Shown here in pieces: positions 1 through 12,089 of a stretch of 64,000 nt of DNA (positions are counted from its first letter, which is position 1; the number at the start of each line of letters is the position of its first letter). The notes under the pieces are model-generated. The model worked only from the letters and a program-made list of their open reading frames with translations, ran no database searches and was not told the DNA's origin. Origin of the DNA: Harriotta raleighana. Taxonomy: Eukaryota. The stretch spans positions 4,048,690 through 4,112,689 of the forward strand of contig JBNZDD010013678.1 of assembly GCA_050575255.1 (NCBI GenBank). Direction: 5' to 3'. The position numbers and the translations under genes were made by a program.

Positions 1-577
1 AACCTTGTGCAAAATAGAATCAATTTTATAAAACTGGCTTCTTTCTGCTTCCCAATGGATGAACATAAGAACATAATAATTCGCTGGAATTTGAAAAAAT
101 CTTATTGAAAATTTCGGATCAAATATTGGAAATGTACAAGATCAAAAATGCATTTGCATTGCCCAAATCAGGGAACATTGGATTGAAATCTGTTCTCTTT
201 AAAAAAAAGTGCACCATGCATTTTAGCAGCATTGATGCGTCTTTTCGTGTTTGTTTTTTATATTAAAAATCCTTTGTATAGAGATATTTTCACAAGCAAG
301 GCAGCTTTTCCCCTGCAAGGATAAGTAGTGCAAGGCAGAGTGAGGTTGCCCAACCATGAGGCTGAGATCACAAGGTCAAATCAATACAGATTTTGAGAGT
401 GAATAAATTAAAGCATCTCAAGAAAGAATGGGCACTTATAAGGCAGCAAAACTTCCCACTCTGAGGTCAATCAGGCCTTCTCAAGTACAGATGCATTTCA
501 AAGCTAAATTGATAGACAATACATCTCAGGAAAAAAAAGGCCGTAGAGGCTAAAAAGATTCCTGTTAGAAATCAATG

Positions 578-911
578 AATAATAATAATAATCCTTGCAT
601 TTGATATAGCGCTTTTCACATCTTATCAACGTCCCAAAGCGCTTCACAGAATATACTGTAAAGTGAATTGACTGTATATTTGTGGGCGGAACGCGGCAGC
701 CAATTGCGCACAGCAGTGTCCCACAAACAGTCATGGATTGAAATGACCAATTTTATAATTGTAGTTTTTTTTGGAGGGATTATTATTAGGCATGTGGAGT
801 AAGGAAACTTGCCCAAGGTTTCGCCCTGATCTGCCTGGATTCGAACACAGGTCTCATGCTTGTAAGGCATGTAAGATGAGTGCTCTAACCACTGAGACAC
901 AGGAGCTCCAC
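578..911 (-). mobile_element. Full-length tRNA-derived SINE, short subfamily A
   Basis: Minus strand shows an A-box (CTCAGTGGTTAGAGCA), a B-box (GTTCGAATCC), TTGGGCAAGTTTCCTTACTCC, GCTGTGCGCAATTGGCTGCCGCG, an L2-like tail AAAGCGCTATATCAAATGCAAGG and (ATT)n; closely similar copies at 17161 and 58025. Confidence 0.92.
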
Positions 912-1049
912 ATAATAGATTCTTCCTTTTTTTTCACACACCTACTGAGTGAAACAAGCCTCAAAATGGGGTAAAATTTTAGAGCAGTGTTTCTGTTTGT
1001 GGAAAAAACACTTTCGCTGTGCACAAACAAGCACAACAGTACCGTTCGT

Positions 1050-1208
1050 AACAATAAAAATAATGCTTGCATTTGATACAGCGCCTTATTATGTCTTCGA
1101 GTCGCCTCAAAGCATTTCACGTAATATCCTGTAAAGTGAATTGACTGTGTATTTTGTGGGCAAAATGCGGTGCCCAATTGCGCATAGCAATATCCCACAA
1201 ACAGTTCA
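1050..1208 (-). mobile_element. SINE 3' half
   Basis: Colinear with 578-735. Confidence 0.85.
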
Positions 1209-2905
1209 TGTCAGGCGCTATACAAATATTGTATTGTATTTTGTATTGTGTATAGAAGAATGTTTACGTTTGTGATATGATTCTGGAATGTTTTAGAGAG
1301 TTGTACTTACCGAAAAACTAATTCCTGAATGTCCAAAAAAAATCAGGGAGGGAACTATAGAGTGCATGCTGTGATAATTATCACCAGAGACTAATGAAAA
1401 GATTGAAAAACTAAATGTTTCTGTGGGGTCGATGGCATAGTTCTCTCTAGCTTTTGTTCACACTTTTACAACGTTCAGAAATTCTAAACGTCATTTCCCA
1501 CTCCTTTTGTGAATATTTAGAAGTTAAGACCTAAGTTAATATGGATTTACCAAGTAAAGTGATTAGCCCCCACTGTTCCATGATGGTGGTCTTTCCAAGA
1601 GGAGTAAAGCAGTGTACACACTTTGTCCGCTTCTGAGAGGGATGTTACAATGAGCCCTTTTCAGCACATGATTTCTCCTCTACCTTCTCTCTAAAATCAA
1701 ACAGCTTAAACCTGACTGCCATAAAACGAAAATGAAAATCTTGTACCAACAAGTCAGGTTCCATGCTTTAGTGAATAATGATACTAGCCAATTTTAAGTC
1801 CAATTCATCTGAATCCGTTTCACCAAAGGAAAGGTAAACAGCAAAGACAGAGGGGTCCTGAGATGGCTGCGTGCCAGTGCACACACATACCTTCCAAATT
1901 ACAGGCAATAAAGGGGAACTGTATGAGAGTACCAGATGGTATTCCTTGCACTGCCTGAAATAAAGAGGCGAATAGCATGCCCTGAGGTGTATAGAAGAAA
2001 GGCAATTATAAAAAATAGATGGTCCTGAAGCCTGGAGGATGCAATGATATACTGCCGAAGAAACAAGTCACTGACTGCAGCTGCTGATCAGAGGCTTCAC
2101 TCTCAGGTACCTTGAAAAACATTACATTTGGGTCTTATGTTGAAACGGATTCAGCTGAATTGGAATCCACCAATAACTGCAGGTATATTCATTGTTGTAT
2201 CAGGTACATCAAATATCCTTGCTGCACAATGCGAAATTGCATTTATTGTATCCCACTGTGTCCTGCCTGCATACTCCCAGCTGTATTTAACCATTTGTTT
2301 CCTGCCCGTGTATTAATAATATGGCGTGTTTCTGCTGATTTAGACAAATCTGTTCGGGTTTGAACACAAGGTCAACTGGTCAGTATTAACCCGTCAGGAA
2401 TTTACTGTGTACAGGAAATGAAAATGCTTTTGGGGGCACCAGAAACCATCCTCTAAGTTAAATGAAAAATGTATCCATATATTTATCCAGGGGTAAATTT
2501 TTGGTAATAATAATAATAATAATAATAATCCTTGCATTTGATATAGCAAAACCTAAGTACAGTTTGTGTGAATTAACAAAGCAATTCTTCATAAAAAGAT
2601 TATATTTTGCATTTTATTATGTTGATACATCTAAAGCTCTTCACATATAATTACAGGCAATTGTAGAGACTGTTTTTTATATTAAAACAATTATCTTGAA
2701 GTTTAAGATCCTGTGTTATTGTAAGGGATGTGCAATTGGAAACATTTCTTGCCCAACAAAGTTTGCAAAGACTGTGTTACAACGAGTTTCAGCTGCAGAG
2801 GCTTATGGCTATAATTGAGTTGCGGATCATAGAGAACTGTGAATTATAATACCAAAATTGGGCCAAGAAATACTAAAGATATTCACAAGAGAACTCAATG
2901 CCAAG

Positions 2906-3005
2906 GGAATTGACTGTATATTTGTGGGCGAAACGCTGCTGCCAAATGTGCACAGCAGTATCCCACAAACAGTCACGGATTCAAATGAGCAATTTATTAT
3001 TGTTT
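2906..3005 (-). mobile_element. SINE internal fragment
   Basis: gaattgactgtatatttgtgggcgaaacg...cccacaaacagtc matches the family body. Confidence 0.8.
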
Positions 3006-3254
3006 TTATGATTTGTTATTACTGAACATGACACAGATTGAAAAGCCTTTTTATTACAAAAAATAAGTTTCTGTATTTTTCTCAGCATTAAGTGCCTGAT
3101 GAGCTGGGAGAGCTTGCATGGTGGAGGCGATATGACAAAGGTAACTGGTTAATAAAGCAGACAGTGATGTAGGACAGCTAAGACTAGCTCTGCTTTCAAT
3201 GTTTATTACAAGCAAGGAATAACAGTAAATAAATGATTACTCTTATGTGCACTT

Positions 3255-3510
3255 GTGGAGTCTTGGAGCTCAGTGGTTAGAGCACTTGCCTTACAAGCAA
3301 GAAACTTGGGTTCAATTCCAGGCAGGGCGACACTTTGGGCAAATTTCCTTACTCCACACGTCTATTAATAATCTCTCTCAAAAAAATTGGTAATTTCAAT
3401 CACAATCATTTCATTTTACAGTATATTCCATGAAGTGCTTTGAGAAGTCTAGAAGACGTAAAACCTCTATATCAAATGCAAGGATTATGCTTATGATGAT
3501 GATTATTATT
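3255..3510 (+). mobile_element. tRNA-derived SINE with internal deletion
   Basis: Head gctcagtggttagagcacttgccttacaagcaag...ggttcaattcc; tail tatatcaaatgcaaggattat. Confidence 0.85.
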
Positions 3511-4386
3511 AGAATTATGATTGTGTCTCTTCATTTCTGACCAGTCCAAAATATTTGACTGTCCCATGTTAGTCAGTGGATGAACAGCAAGTAAATTAGG
3601 TACTAGTATAGAGTAATGTGAGCAAAACAGTTAGCGCTGACAGGCACAAGCACAGACAATACACAGAGCAAATCAAATCAACTAACAAACATTCTCCTAT
3701 ACAATCAAAGCAGCCCAATGAAAGAAATAGATAGTTGAACTGAGATCTGTTTTTTTTCCAAGATAATTATTTTGGCATTAACTCAATGCAAAACAAGCCA
3801 GCCAGTAGTGTATCATCATCCTGTCAACCCATTGCTCCGCATTAAGGTAATGTTTTTAAAGTATTGTTTCCAGACTTGTATGTGTACTAAGGTCTCATAT
3901 GCTGCTCAGAGGAGAAAAACCTTGCGAAAGGGTATAACATCACCTATTTTCATTGTTAAACATTAGTACTGTACAGTACAGGGAAAAACATTATGAGGGA
4001 TTTATTTAAAGGCAAAACATTAAAACATTAACATCCAGAATTTATTGACCCCACATTCTTCCCACCCATTTCAAGTAAAGATCAACAACAACTAGTTAGA
4101 CACCCTTATTGATAAATGTCAGCCATGATGACACCTTTAGTTATCCTATTCTTATTCACCATTGTTGGTATACGATAGACTACATAGTCTGATTTAACCA
4201 TCCAGTAGATTAATGAAATACTGAAGTAAAACAAACAAATGTTTGATAAACTGCCACTCCCTGATGCTTCTTCATTTATTCAACGTGTTTGATTTCATTC
4301 ATAAATTTTGCATTCATGTTTGCCAAGTTATGCACTAGATTTGCAAAAATCAGTATGGTTTTAGCAAGAAATTCTAGAGTTATAGG

Positions 4387-4725
4387 AATAACAATAGTCT
4401 TTGCATTTGATAGAGCACCATATTGTGTCTTTGAGATGTCTCAAAGGGCTTAACAGAATATACTGTGAAGTAAATTGACTGTATATTTTGTGTGTGAAAC
4501 ACAGCAGCTAATTATGCACAGCAGTCACAGATTGAAGTGATCAATTTTTTTTAAGGAATTATAACCCCCGGAAAAACAATCCACCAATCGCCTACAATTG
4601 GGTTCCTACTTGCTAGGTAAACTGAGGCGTGTGGAGCAAGGAATCTTGCTCCCTGCCAGGAATCAAATCCAGATCTCTCGCTTGCAAGGCAAAGGTTCTA
4701 ACCACTGAACTCCAAAGGACTTCAC
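4387..4725 (-). mobile_element. tRNA-derived SINE, long subfamily B with an extra central segment
   Basis: Same head and tail as subfamily A plus GCCTCAGTTTACCTAGCAAGTAGGAACCC...GATTGGTGGATTGTTTT. Confidence 0.82.
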
Positions 4726-5744
4726 AATGACCAGAAATCAGCAGGAAAATACTTAAAATAAACTTAAACTTTCCAAATAAACTGTAGCATAAATATGCTA
4801 AAAATGGACACCCAAAGTGAATGCATGAGTTTCAGAAACCGGAATTATTAATTGGCTGCTACTTTCATCTCAGGTTGTATTAGTTCAATAAAAGCATAAA
4901 CCAGAAAGCATAAACAAAGCAACTACTCTATGTATTGCACATAGATTAATATCAATTGATGGTATACAGGAAATGACTGTAAGCCTCTTTAATTCTTTTC
5001 ATTTAAAATTACGTGTCATCATTGTTGGTTTATTTCATTCATTCCAGGTCAACGGCAATAGCAACAGGAACAGATTGGCTTAAGCATGGGTTTGCCAAAT
5101 GGAAATATTGTATTATTATACTCTCTCAGCAAAAATAGTTAATTCATCTGGCACCGTTCAAAAGGTTGAATACATTGACCTCCATTCTGAATGCGTGGCC
5201 TCACATTTTGTTTGTGTGTCTCTTCTGGAAACTTACATATACAGTGTTCAAAAAAAAAACATGACACAAGCACATCAACATTCATAGAAATATGTGGTTT
5301 GCCTCTGTGGAATGTGCGATGCCCTATTGAAATTCTCGTCTTGCTCCTATTTCCACTAAAGTTTCAGCTCTGGTGCCAATCATCCGAATCCTTTCAGTGT
5401 AAAGATAAACAATCCTTCAGTTCAGCTACTCTGCACTGTACTGTTTTAACACTGGTATCTGCTTCACAAGAGGTGTGAACTGGCAGCATCAAGCATACAA
5501 TCAAGTTTTCCTGTCTCACTCACAGCTCTTTTGTATGCAAGTGCACACATAGAGCTCCATTTACCAATGGCCAAATACCACCGAAACTTTTTAATGCAAG
5601 AATTAACAGAAAATTTTACTTTCTTAACTACCCTATCACTCTACGTCTAGCTGAAAATATAAACATCCTTGACAATGTCCATTGGAGTGCATCAAATGGT
5701 TTCCCTCCGTAGGATAAACGACACATATGCTAAGAGTACTGAAC

Positions 5745-6305
5745 ATGGATTTAGAGTTTGTGCTTCATGAATCTGCTGGAATTCTTGGAGGAAGTAATTA
5801 AACTAGTTGATGAGGGCTAACCAATAGAATATAATGTACTTGGATTTTTAAAAGATAATTGATCAAGTTTCTACATATGGTTCTTTTAAAGAAGGAAAAA
5901 AAATCTTGTGGTATTGATGGCAAATGAGTGAGATGGATTAAAAATGGGGAAACAACAGGAAGCAAAAGGTGATGATAAATGGGAAAAGCTTCACCTGGGA
6001 GGGTATAGAAGTTATAAAAGTGTCTGTTCTTGGTTACCCGCTGTTCACACTATTCATAAATAACTTGGATGAGAACAGCAAACTATGTGGGTGGGTGAAT
6101 AATATAAGGAGGATGAATTGCATTCAAGAAGGCCTGGACCAATGAAGCAACGAGTGGCAGATGGATTTTAATTTGAATAAATGTAATGTTGTGCTTATTG
6201 GAATAAGAAATGGTAAAATGAAGGGGTGTTTATTTGAAGAATTGGGAGTGATCATTGATCATTCGCCGAACAAGTCAGTGTGATACTGCTATCAACAAAG
6301 CAAAG
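5745..6305 (+). mobile_element. Decayed CR1 LINE reverse-transcriptase fragment
   Basis: Frameshifted remnants of CR1 ORF2 motifs: HGF, NLLEFLEEV..VDEG, YLDF, LFTLFINNLDE, WQMDFNLNKCNVV. Confidence 0.85.
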
Positions 6306-6579
6306 TAAATCCCATGTTGCACCCATTGGCAGAGTATTATTTGGCCAGGTGAGATGATAAAGGCTTGAGTATAATGCAGCCCTAAGGGAATTTCTTTATT
6401 GATTTGCACAAGGTACAATAACGGCAAGAATTACTGAAAAAACGATATAGTAGAAATATCACCTGGGTCTAGATTTACTTTAATAACATAACAGTGTTAT
6501 GATAATAAAGCAATTTAATATTGTTACGTTAGAACCATTGTTATTTTAAACTAGGTAATAAATAACATTAACATAACAT

Positions 6580-6695
6580 TGTTTTGCCCACCAAACAGTC
6601 AATTCACTTTATAGTATATTCTGTGAAGCAATCTGAGACATCTTGAAGATGTGTTAAAGCCATATCAAATGCAAGGATTATTACTATTATTATAT
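6580..6695 (+). mobile_element. SINE 3' fragment
   Basis: cagtcaattcacttt...tatcaaatgcaaggattattact. Confidence 0.8.
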
Positions 6696-7679
6696 TAATA
6701 TTATATTAATACAAAAATATCTTACAACATTAACAATTAGTGAGAGAAAATATGAAGCTCGGCAAACACAAGAAAATTAACAGAGCCGGTTGCGTAAGGC
6801 TTTAAGCCTTTCAGTTGCCTGTTTTATGATATTATCAGTGTTTACTGCAGATAATTACAGATTATCCATGCAGGTTTGTCTGTGTCACCATTTATTGTGT
6901 AGAAGTATTCTCAAAACTAAGTCCTTCTGACCCCTTGAAAAAGAATGTATTAAGTTCGAATGACCATTCATCTGACAAGAACCATAAACTAAAATTATGT
7001 AAGACCAAAATCAATTATAATAACTTCAGATAGGGCTGATCTTATATTTCACAAAAATCTATTGCATATAAATAATTAAATTTATACTATTACGATTGAT
7101 TTTTAAGAACATGTATGATGTTATGCGCTCACATGGAATATACCCAAAGATTCAGTGTTTGAATGTGAACAACACCACGCAGTTTTGCAACAGGTACTAT
7201 TTCAAACAGAAAAATTCATTTGGTAAAGACATCAATTTGCATTTACATAAAGCCCCTCACGGAGGGTAGCATTCTGGAGGACTTGAGTGTCCTAGAGTAC
7301 TTGATAACCTCACCTGCCACAACTTTTACATTTAAAGTTCTCAGAATCTTTTGTCATTTTTCTGCCTCCTTCAGAAACTGAACTGAATCTATGCTTTTAG
7401 TAAAAGAATGAATCATGAATGTGTGCAGCTCACATTTAGGACATTGTCAAAGCTAGAATTGACAGTTTGAAGTGTGGACTCTGGAGGTATTTAAACAAAC
7501 CAACATTCAATCAAATATTATTTACAATGACTGCAGTATATAATAGTTCTGGAATGGGTGTGTGTTTGTGTGTGACTGTCAGCAAATGAGATAGATCATG
7601 AGGAAATGGTTAGGTGACCCCATGCTTAGGTTTTAAAAGCTTGTGGATTGTCAGAATAAGAGAAGGTAAAACTGGGGGA

Positions 7680-7946
7680 GTGAGAGTAGTGGCAATCTAG
7701 AACTTTCTTCCCCAACAGGCTGTGGATGCTGGAAGACTTGAAAAGCGCTATATCAAGTGCAAGGATTATTATTATTATCCATTCAAATTTTCAAGACTGA
7801 TGTAGATAGGTTTTTGGTAGGCAAGGGTATCAAGGGGTATGGATCAAAGGCAGGTAATTCTACTTGAAGAATAGATTAGCCACGTTCCAATAAAATGGCC
7901 GATCAGGCTCGAGGGGTCGAATGGCCTACTCCTGTTCCGATGTTCT
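7680..7946 (+). mobile_element. CR1 LINE 3' end interrupted by a SINE/L2 tail (about 7733-7778)
   Basis: ggctgtggatgctgg...ttcaagactgatgtagatagg...ggctcgaggggtcgaatggcctactcctgttcc is a chondrichthyan CR1-type 3' end; the inserted aaaagcgctatatcaagtgcaaggattattatt splits it. Confidence 0.85.
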
Positions 7947-8961
7947 GTGTAGGAGACTCATGCTCTTGAAAAGGAGCTAGGGGTTCAAGTATTCGGACTG
8001 TTTGCTTTATTTGACTTTGTCCCCACATGTGTCAGTTGGCCTGGACAGCTGTAGTAAAACAAAGTTGTCGCAATATGAAACTACAGAGTTTAACATCAAG
8101 AATATTTACGATTCAGGATTTGATACCACTTAATGATACACATTTACATATTTTGAATGCTCAAAAAAAAGCCAGCTGTCACAACTCAAACGAGCCCAAA
8201 GCGTTTCGGATTGCTAAGACTAAGGTTGATGTTTACACTGGGGTTGTATATAGAGATCAGCACAAGAAGACGTCTGCCTGTGCAGACTCTTCAAGTCAAC
8301 TGTTTCAATTCACTTCAATAAAATTCCTGTAATTTACATGGGCTTGAAATGATTACTGGTAACTTAGAATTATGCACAGGAGATTTCCATAATACTGTCT
8401 GCTCAAGTGCAACAAAAGACACTGACTAAAGCCAGTTCTCAGTACTTAGAGACTTGCCTGCCTTTGTCATACTCTCATGCAAATAGATTGTCTCAACAAG
8501 AACATCCTAAATAAAACCTTTCACTGTTTGTTCCCTGCATTGACATATCTGAGTGTAGTGGTCAGAAAAAATGTAATTACGTTTGTACTCAAAAGCTATG
8601 TTAATCTACCTCTACTGGCTTTAAAACAAGGAACCAGTTTTCAGCTACAATTCTTCATGAGATTTTCCTACGCCTTGTCTAAATAGAATAAAATATTTGT
8701 AACGGGACCGTAGGTAAACACTTCTCAAGTAATGATACGGCACTTGTTCAGCGGGGACCTTCTTAAGTGAAAGGCTGAACCAACATTTGAATGCCTGCCC
8801 AAGGTAGCCATTACTGTTTGGATGGTCTGACACAAGATAGGTTCCAATGGCCATGTTGCATTCTGGTGCACGAGAAATGTAAACTTTGACTGAAATCTTT
8901 CACTAAATGTTAAATGTAAACATTTGTTTGAAACCAGTTATTACAACTTTCACCCCTAAAC

Positions 8962-9075
8962 TGTATAGTCAATTCAATTTACGGTATGTTCCATGAAGCG
9001 CTTTGAAACATCTCAACAATATGATAAGGTGTTATATCAAATACAGGGATGATTATTATTATTATTACTATGATT
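8962..9075 (+). mobile_element. SINE 3' fragment
   Basis: agtcaattcaatttacggtat...tatatcaaatac...(att)n. Confidence 0.75.
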
Positions 9076-9738
9076 ATGCCCCTGCATTTGTTTTACAGGG
9101 ATAGGGGGTGTAGGGTTACCTCTTCTTACAGGAGGAACGGTCTTTCCATATTTATGTTTCAGGCTTCATCTGTGTAGTAACTTCTCTTGTGCCTTCCAAG
9201 TCTCGTTTCCATCACAGTTTATTGCAGTGATCCTGAGGGATGTATTACCAATACATGGCATGTCACAAAAATCAGCACCTTAACCCTGCATTTGACTGGT
9301 ATGCTGCCTCTATATAATTATTATGCCTGTTCCACATTACAGTATATGAGAGTCGTTCAGGGGTGAAATTCCTCGACTACCATCATTGTTGTTGTCCCTT
9401 TTTAAGCCAGGGACTTGGTCTAGTCATCTGTCTGCACAAGTGAACGTATTACAACTTCCAAATTAAGATAATATACTTGGAGTATACAAATCTGGAATAT
9501 GGTCAGAGATTGGGAAGATAATGCAAATTCTAATGAAACTACGCAATTTCCCTGAGTGGAGGCAAAGAGAACCGTTTAGGCTTTGGTTGAGCTCTTCCAA
9601 GCAACTCATGATCTAACTGCTGAAGAATTTGCTGTAGATACCAGCAGCGAATCTGCTCTTCTCGTGTTGAAGATTTACTGCCATCAATAAACAAGAAATT
9701 CCAAAGCGGCTCAAGGCAAGATGGGAGGTGGGGTCAGT

Positions 9739-9776
9739 ATGTGTGTGTGTGTGTGTATGCGTGTGTGTTTGTGTGT
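9739..9776. repeat. Imperfect (TG)n microsatellite
   Basis: Read directly. Confidence 0.9.
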
Positions 9777-11287
9777 AATGATTAATAGTTGCAGGATATG
9801 CCAACAGAGCTGAGAAATATAGCACTGCAATATTGGTAGACCAACTAAGGCAAAAGAACAGTGTTTATAGCTCCCAAGCTGCACTTTACATTGCTGTCTA
9901 CTGTCTAAGCACAATATGGTCATGTGAGCAGCTATTCACCTTATTAGGTCCATCAGCCACTGACCAAGTTAGCAAAGCTGATGAATCGTCAATCAGTCTT
10001 TTCTGTATAGTATTTGGAAATCGGTTGCCAAGGAGAACACTGAATGAAATGTCAACCTTGTGCTGTGGCTTGCTCGACGATTGTTTTTACTATGATGGTT
10101 CTTTTCTTGCCTCTCTGATTTTGTGCAACCATGTGTGGGATGAATATGAAAGCTAAGAGACTGTGGTATGAAGAGAGGATGGCAATGGCATTTTCACTGT
10201 TACCTGGTTAAACAAAGAAATGCAAAGTTCCATTTGGGGAATTTGGGGAACTGTTCAAGCCTCACGGATTGCTTTTAAAATAATTAACTTTCCTCTGGAG
10301 ATTGACCCTGTACTGCAAACATATATGATTTCAAAACTTGATTTGGTCCATTTCTACTATTGTCCATTTGCAATTCGGTGGGCATGAGTGAGACAACATC
10401 TTGTGATTTGAAATCTTGTGATTTTGAAACCTTGCAAGATTTTAGCATGTCACTAGTCTGGCACATAGGTACTACATTGAAAGTGTTCTTTTAGAGAAAT
10501 AATTTTTAGTGATTCTCAAAAAATAGATTCTCGTAAATAGATTAACTGTTGCCAATAGGGGATAGAGAGATATTTGTAGGACAGTGATTCAAAAAAAGTA
10601 ACTTAAAAAAAAACTTTGAATAAAGAATGTGATTCCTGTTGCTTCCCTATTAAACATCTCATGATTATATCTCAAATGTGTGCATTACATTGATGACCAT
10701 TCTATGATTTATGCGCTTCTTAGAAGGGTATGACTGTGAGTTATCAGAAAGAGATTTGGGAAGAAATGGGTACAAATTACAATAAATCATTTTTGGCTTG
10801 TATGTTTTTATTTTATCTTGGTGCTGAATGCTTGTGTAAGGATGTTGCTGTTCGACAGTGGGCTGTAAGTGCACACCAAACCTGTGCAAGGCCCCTATCA
10901 GCCACAATCTGCAGCAAAACTACATAAAAGCACAAGAGACATCAGCCGATGTGTGGAATCTGGACTTGCTTGGGAGCTTGGATCAATCAATTATAAAATA
11001 TTTGATCCTCCCTAAGCATCAAACAGCTGCATATGAGTTTGAACAATTGTCCTCGGAGTGACATTAGTCTGAATTTAGGTTCCAAGCCAACTTTGCAACA
11101 TCAGGGATGAGACATAAACTCATAGAAGCAACACTAAATAGCAATTAAATTCTGGACAAAAAAAAAAGACACAACAATTCAAGACACTACCTCATGTACG
11201 GTATAAATGCAAGAGGCTTCTGTTGTTATTGGACGCAGCAGGAGCTCAGTATCAGTTGGATGTTATAGAAATTACTTATTAACTTTC

Positions 11288-11655
11288 AACAACAAAATTA
11301 CATTTGTACAGCACCTTTCACATTTCACTGGATGATGTTCCAAGGCACTAGACAGTCGGTGTTTCAGACCCGAGCTGGGGTCGGGATCTGGGAGGGTGGG
11401 TGGAAAGGAGGGGAGTGGGGTGACTAATGGAACAGTCAAAGAGAACCTGTAGTGGGACTTGAAGGAGGCTGTGGGGATGAGGGGGGCCGAGGTGGAAGGA
11501 TACCGGGATAGAATTCCGGAGGTTGCGGACAGAGTGGCTGAAGTCTCGCCCACTGAGTAGTTGTTGGGTCCGAAGACATAGAACAGGCTGGAGCCCACTG
11601 AGCGGAGGAAGTGGGCTGGTTGATAAGGAGTCAGGAGTTCGCAGAGGTAGGTGTG
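11288..11655 (-). mobile_element. L2 LINE 3' end
   Basis: Reverse complement resembles 14816-15170 and 44150-44536; C-rich 3' UTR and (TTG)n tail. Confidence 0.85.
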
Positions 11656-11693
11656 TAAGGTATCTGGATCAAGAAGAAGGTTGACACACTATT

Positions 11694-12089
11694 TAGAAAC
11701 ATAGAAACAGGAGTAGACTATTCAGCATATCAAGCCTACTCAGCCATTCTATAAGATCAAGGCTGATGTGAATCTCAACTCCAATTACACACCCTTACCC
11801 CATATTTCTTTACCCTCACCTAACAAGTATCTATCCACCTCAGTCTTGAAAATATGAATGGATCCAGCCATAATTCACAGCCTTATGGGGGAGAGAGAAA
11901 GTTCCAGATTTGCACTACACTTTGTGTGAAAAACTGCCTCCTGATTTCACTTCTAAATGGCCTTGTTCTAATTTTAAGATTATGCTGCCTTGTTCTGGAT
12001 TCCTCCCATCAGAGAAAACCGTTTCTCTGTATCTATCCTATCGAATCCCTTTATTATTTTAAAAACCTCAATTAGATCAGCCCTCAACC
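11694..12089 (-). mobile_element. CR1 LINE 3' end
   Basis: tagaaacatagaaacaggagtag...attcagc...ttccagatttgcactacactttgtgtgaaaaa...cctcaattagatcagccctcaacc: CR1 ORF2 C-terminus plus 3' UTR with tandem terminal repeat. Confidence 0.87.

Noticed and set aside
504-1198. Recurrent similar ORFs (TVCGTLLCAI..., also at 17159 and 57941)
   Set aside because: Chance translations of SINE copies, not a gene family
3262-3330. tRNA-Val(TAC)-like cloverleaf (CTTGC-CTTACAA-GCAAG)
   Set aside because: It continues directly into the SINE body and has no proper acceptor stem or terminator; a SINE head, not a tRNA gene
7314-7377. Minus-strand exon-like segment reading ...FKCKSCGR
   Set aside because: The acceptor is weak, with several upstream AGs, and no zinc-finger continuation was found
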